Shown in pieces: positions 62,238-64,000 of a stretch of 64,000 nucleotides of DNA (the stretch's first letter is position 1; every line of letters starts with the position of its first letter). The DNA comes from Lunatimonas sp. (GTDB lineage Bacteria > Bacteroidota > Bacteroidia > Cytophagales > Cyclobacteriaceae). Where the stretch lies: NCBI RefSeq assembly GCF_020832325.1, contig NZ_JAFIEU010000022.1, forward strand, positions 12,692-76,691, read 5' to 3'. The position numbers and the translations under genes are program-made. The notes below the pieces were generated by a model. It had not been told where the DNA came from and searched no databases. It worked only from the letters and a program-made list of their open reading frames with translations.

Positions 62238-64000
62238 CTATCTCCATCTTTTGTGTGGTTCGCGTACCCGAATATCCGGCAAAGGCGGCCGCTCCATCCC
62301 ATGCCCGAAGAAATAGTCGGTATGGGGAGGTTGGTTGTAAGCTACGTTTTGCCATGCAATGGATAACCGATAGTGGGGGTTGTGCATCAAGGTATATAGG
62401 CGATATGGAGTAGGAATGGAAGTGGAAAATATCCGCAGCTCCTTATTATCCGCGGTCCTCGCTATCAGTTCCTCGCGCCAATCTCCCAAAATATCGGCAG
62501 AAAGACTGGGGTTGGACTTGGTTCCATTGTTCTTGACCAAATTGTATTCCTCACCCGAAAACAACCGATCCGTGGTACCTTCCTCGTAGTTCCATTTGTC
62601 TATGTTCACGCCATCCAACAGCTCCCTAAGCAGGTCCCCGTCCCACCAAATAGCCATATTGCTGGAACTTGGTTTGCTTTCGGAGATAACTTCTCCTTGC
62701 ACATTCCATAGGCCAAGTAATCCCTCCCCAAATGCCCAACTTTCATAGCCCCGATGTCTGGGGTCTATATCGATAGACAGTCCCCGCCCCACATCCGTGG
62801 AGGGAAAGGACCAAATCACCTCTCCGGTGCGTGCATCCCTGAGATTGGCGGCATGGGGATGATCCGGGCGCTCGTGTATTCCAAAAACTTCCAGTCCGGG
62901 ACGATCCGGGTCCATATTGGACACGTGCATGGCATCCCCATGGCCCAGCCCGCTACTGTATAGGCCCGTGCCATCGTCATCGATCACCATGGCACCAAAC
63001 ACGATCTCATCCCTTCCATCCCCATCGACATCCGCTATGGAAAGGCTATGATATCCTTGGCCCGCATAGGCCAGGTTTTCCGGATTGCCGTCATGGCTAT
63101 CAAAGGTCCATACCAACTCCAATTCCCCATCACGCCAGTTCCAAGCAGCGAGAACCGTACGCGTATAATAGCCTCGGCTCATGATCAGACTGGGCCGCTC
63201 GCCGTCCAAATAGGCGATTGCCGCCAAAAACCGGTCAACCCGGTTGCCGTACCCATCACCCCAAAGCTCCTTCAGCTGTTCCTCTGTAGGAATAAGTGTA
63301 TCGGGATGCCGGGGAGGCACGTAAGGCGTGGTAGCTAGGGCGGCCCCGGTACGTCCATCGAAGATCGTTAGGTATTCGGGACCTGCAATTATGTATCCAT
63401 CCTCGTTTCGCCAATCGGCTTCCTTGTCTCCGATTACATTTCCAAGTCCATCCCGGGTGCCATCGGCGGTCTTGCAGGCGACTTCCGCTATACCGTCTCC
63501 GTCCAAGTCATAGACCATAAACTGGGTATAGTGTGCTCCCTCGCGGATGTTTTTGCCCAGGTTTATTTCCCACAAAAAATCACCCTCCAACGTATAGGCC
63601 TGCAAAATGGGCTCGTCGGTCATTCCCTTATGGGAATTATCCCTACCCAATCCGGTCATATGAACAACGATCTCGTATTTGCCATCTCCGGTGAGGTCGC
63701 CCACCGACGCATCGTTTGGTGAATAACCCTCGGGAGTGCGTAGTGGAATGGATAGGTAAGCATTTTCCCAAGCTCTCACAGGGGAGGACTCATCCAGCAA
63801 TTCTTGGCCGTGGTAGGCACGAACCGTGTAGTACAGATCGCCGTCCGGTTTCATTCCTTGATCCAGAAAATTCGATGCCCCATCAATGGGCTTCTCGTTC
63901 AACTTAACAGGGGCATCATCTCCTTTCATCCTGTAGAGGTCAAAAGTCACTTCCTCTGGATCGGTTCCAAATACCCGCCAACTCACCAGTATACCCGCCT
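62238..64000 (-). CDS. rhamnogalacturonan lyase, PL11 (YesW/YesX-like), N-terminus outside the window
   Basis: 'SVGDLTGDGKYEIVVH', 'FMVYDLDGDGIAEVACKTADGTRDG' and 'IADVDGDGRDEIVFG' are FG-GAP-like beta-propeller Ca sites, as in the B. subtilis YesW family. The frame is open to the right edge, and the 'start' at 63986 in the track is an internal GTG. Confidence 0.75.
   Translation of the reverse strand, partial: AGILVSWRVFGTDPEEVTFDLYRMKGDDAPVKLNEKPIDGASNFLDQGMKPDGDLYYTVRAYHGQELLDESSPVRAWENAYLSIPLRTPEGYSPNDASVGDLTGDGKYEIVVHMTGLGRDNSHKGMTDEPILQAYTLEGDFLWEINLGKNIREGAHYTQFMVYDLDGDGIAEVACKTADGTRDGLGNVIGDKEADWRNEDGYIIAGPEYLTIFDGRTGAALATTPYVPPRHPDTLIPTEEQLKELWGDGYGNRVDRFLAAIAYLDGERPSLIMSRGYYTRTVLAAWNWRDGELELVWTFDSHDGNPENLAYAGQGYHSLSIADVDGDGRDEIVFGAMVIDDDGTGLYSSGLGHGDAMHVSNMDPDRPGLEVFGIHERPDHPHAANLRDARTGEVIWSFPSTDVGRGLSIDIDPRHRGYESWAFGEGLLGLWNVQGEVISESKPSSSNMAIWWDGDLLRELLDGVNIDKWNYEEGTTDRLFSGEEYNLVKNNGTKSNPSLSADILGDWREELIARTADNKELRIFSTSIPTPYRLYTLMHNPHYRLSIAWQNVAYNQPPHTDYFFGHGMERPPLPDIRVREPHKRWR

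Noticed and set aside
1-64000. A search for mobile elements (transposase, integrase, IS inverted repeats), prophage genes, rRNA/tRNA genes and CRISPR-cas.
   Set aside because: None of the ORF translations shows DDE/tyrosine-recombinase/serine-recombinase motifs, and no cloverleaf or rRNA-like sequence was seen. The AT-rich islets are therefore described only as compositional anomalies, not as defined mobile elements.

Overview
The window is a densely coding, 64-kb chromosomal segment that looks like a Bacteroidota genome, most consistent with a Cytophagia-type organism. Evidence for that placement: a T9SS C-terminal sorting domain and SprB-type repeats, ECF sigma/FecR/STN modules, TAnnTTTG-type -7 promoter boxes, many lipoprotein or 'AQ'-type signal peptides, and little Shine-Dalgarno signal. 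I support about 60 protein-coding genes on both strands, one clear TPP riboswitch, and several Rho-independent terminators. I saw no rRNA, tRNA, CRISPR array, transposase or integrase.

Recognisable housekeeping content:
- tadA, Fe/Mn superoxide dismutase, and coaX
- a riboswitch-controlled thiM-thiE-thiD-tenA operon, plus yjbQ
- an FbpABC-type iron ABC transporter next to an OxyR-like LysR regulator
- DsbD, thioredoxin-fold proteins, and an M20 dipeptidase
- a GH140-like hydrolase and a PL11-like rhamnogalacturonan lyase, the latter cut by the right edge of the window

Parts worth a second look:
1. A USP / 2x DUF1538 / PII-like / CBS cassette (0.7-4.0 kb), next to two phosphate-carrier-like permeases.
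2. An ECF sigma/FecR module whose STN-domain outer-membrane partner is not a TonB-dependent transporter. It is instead a protein built from about 16-residue GxQ[VI][AS]GIxN repeats, with a second repeat paralogue upstream (15.0-19.6 kb).
3. An ACP-like 78-aa protein lacking the phosphopantetheine serine (13.0-13.2 kb).
4. A GNAT / VWA / ChlI-like AAA+ / Uma2 nuclease gene string (43.1-47.0 kb).
5. An eRF1/Pelota-like ('baeRF'-like) protein, divergent from a large acidic orphan protein (47.9-50.8 kb).
6. AT-rich islets at 41.0-43.1, 53.3-54.9 and 59.3-60.6 kb. The last one sits beside a LuxR-type regulator and an orphan HipB-like gene with only the first ~30 codons of a hipA-like gene.

All family assignments come from reading the translated ORFs and recalling motifs. 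No database search was run.
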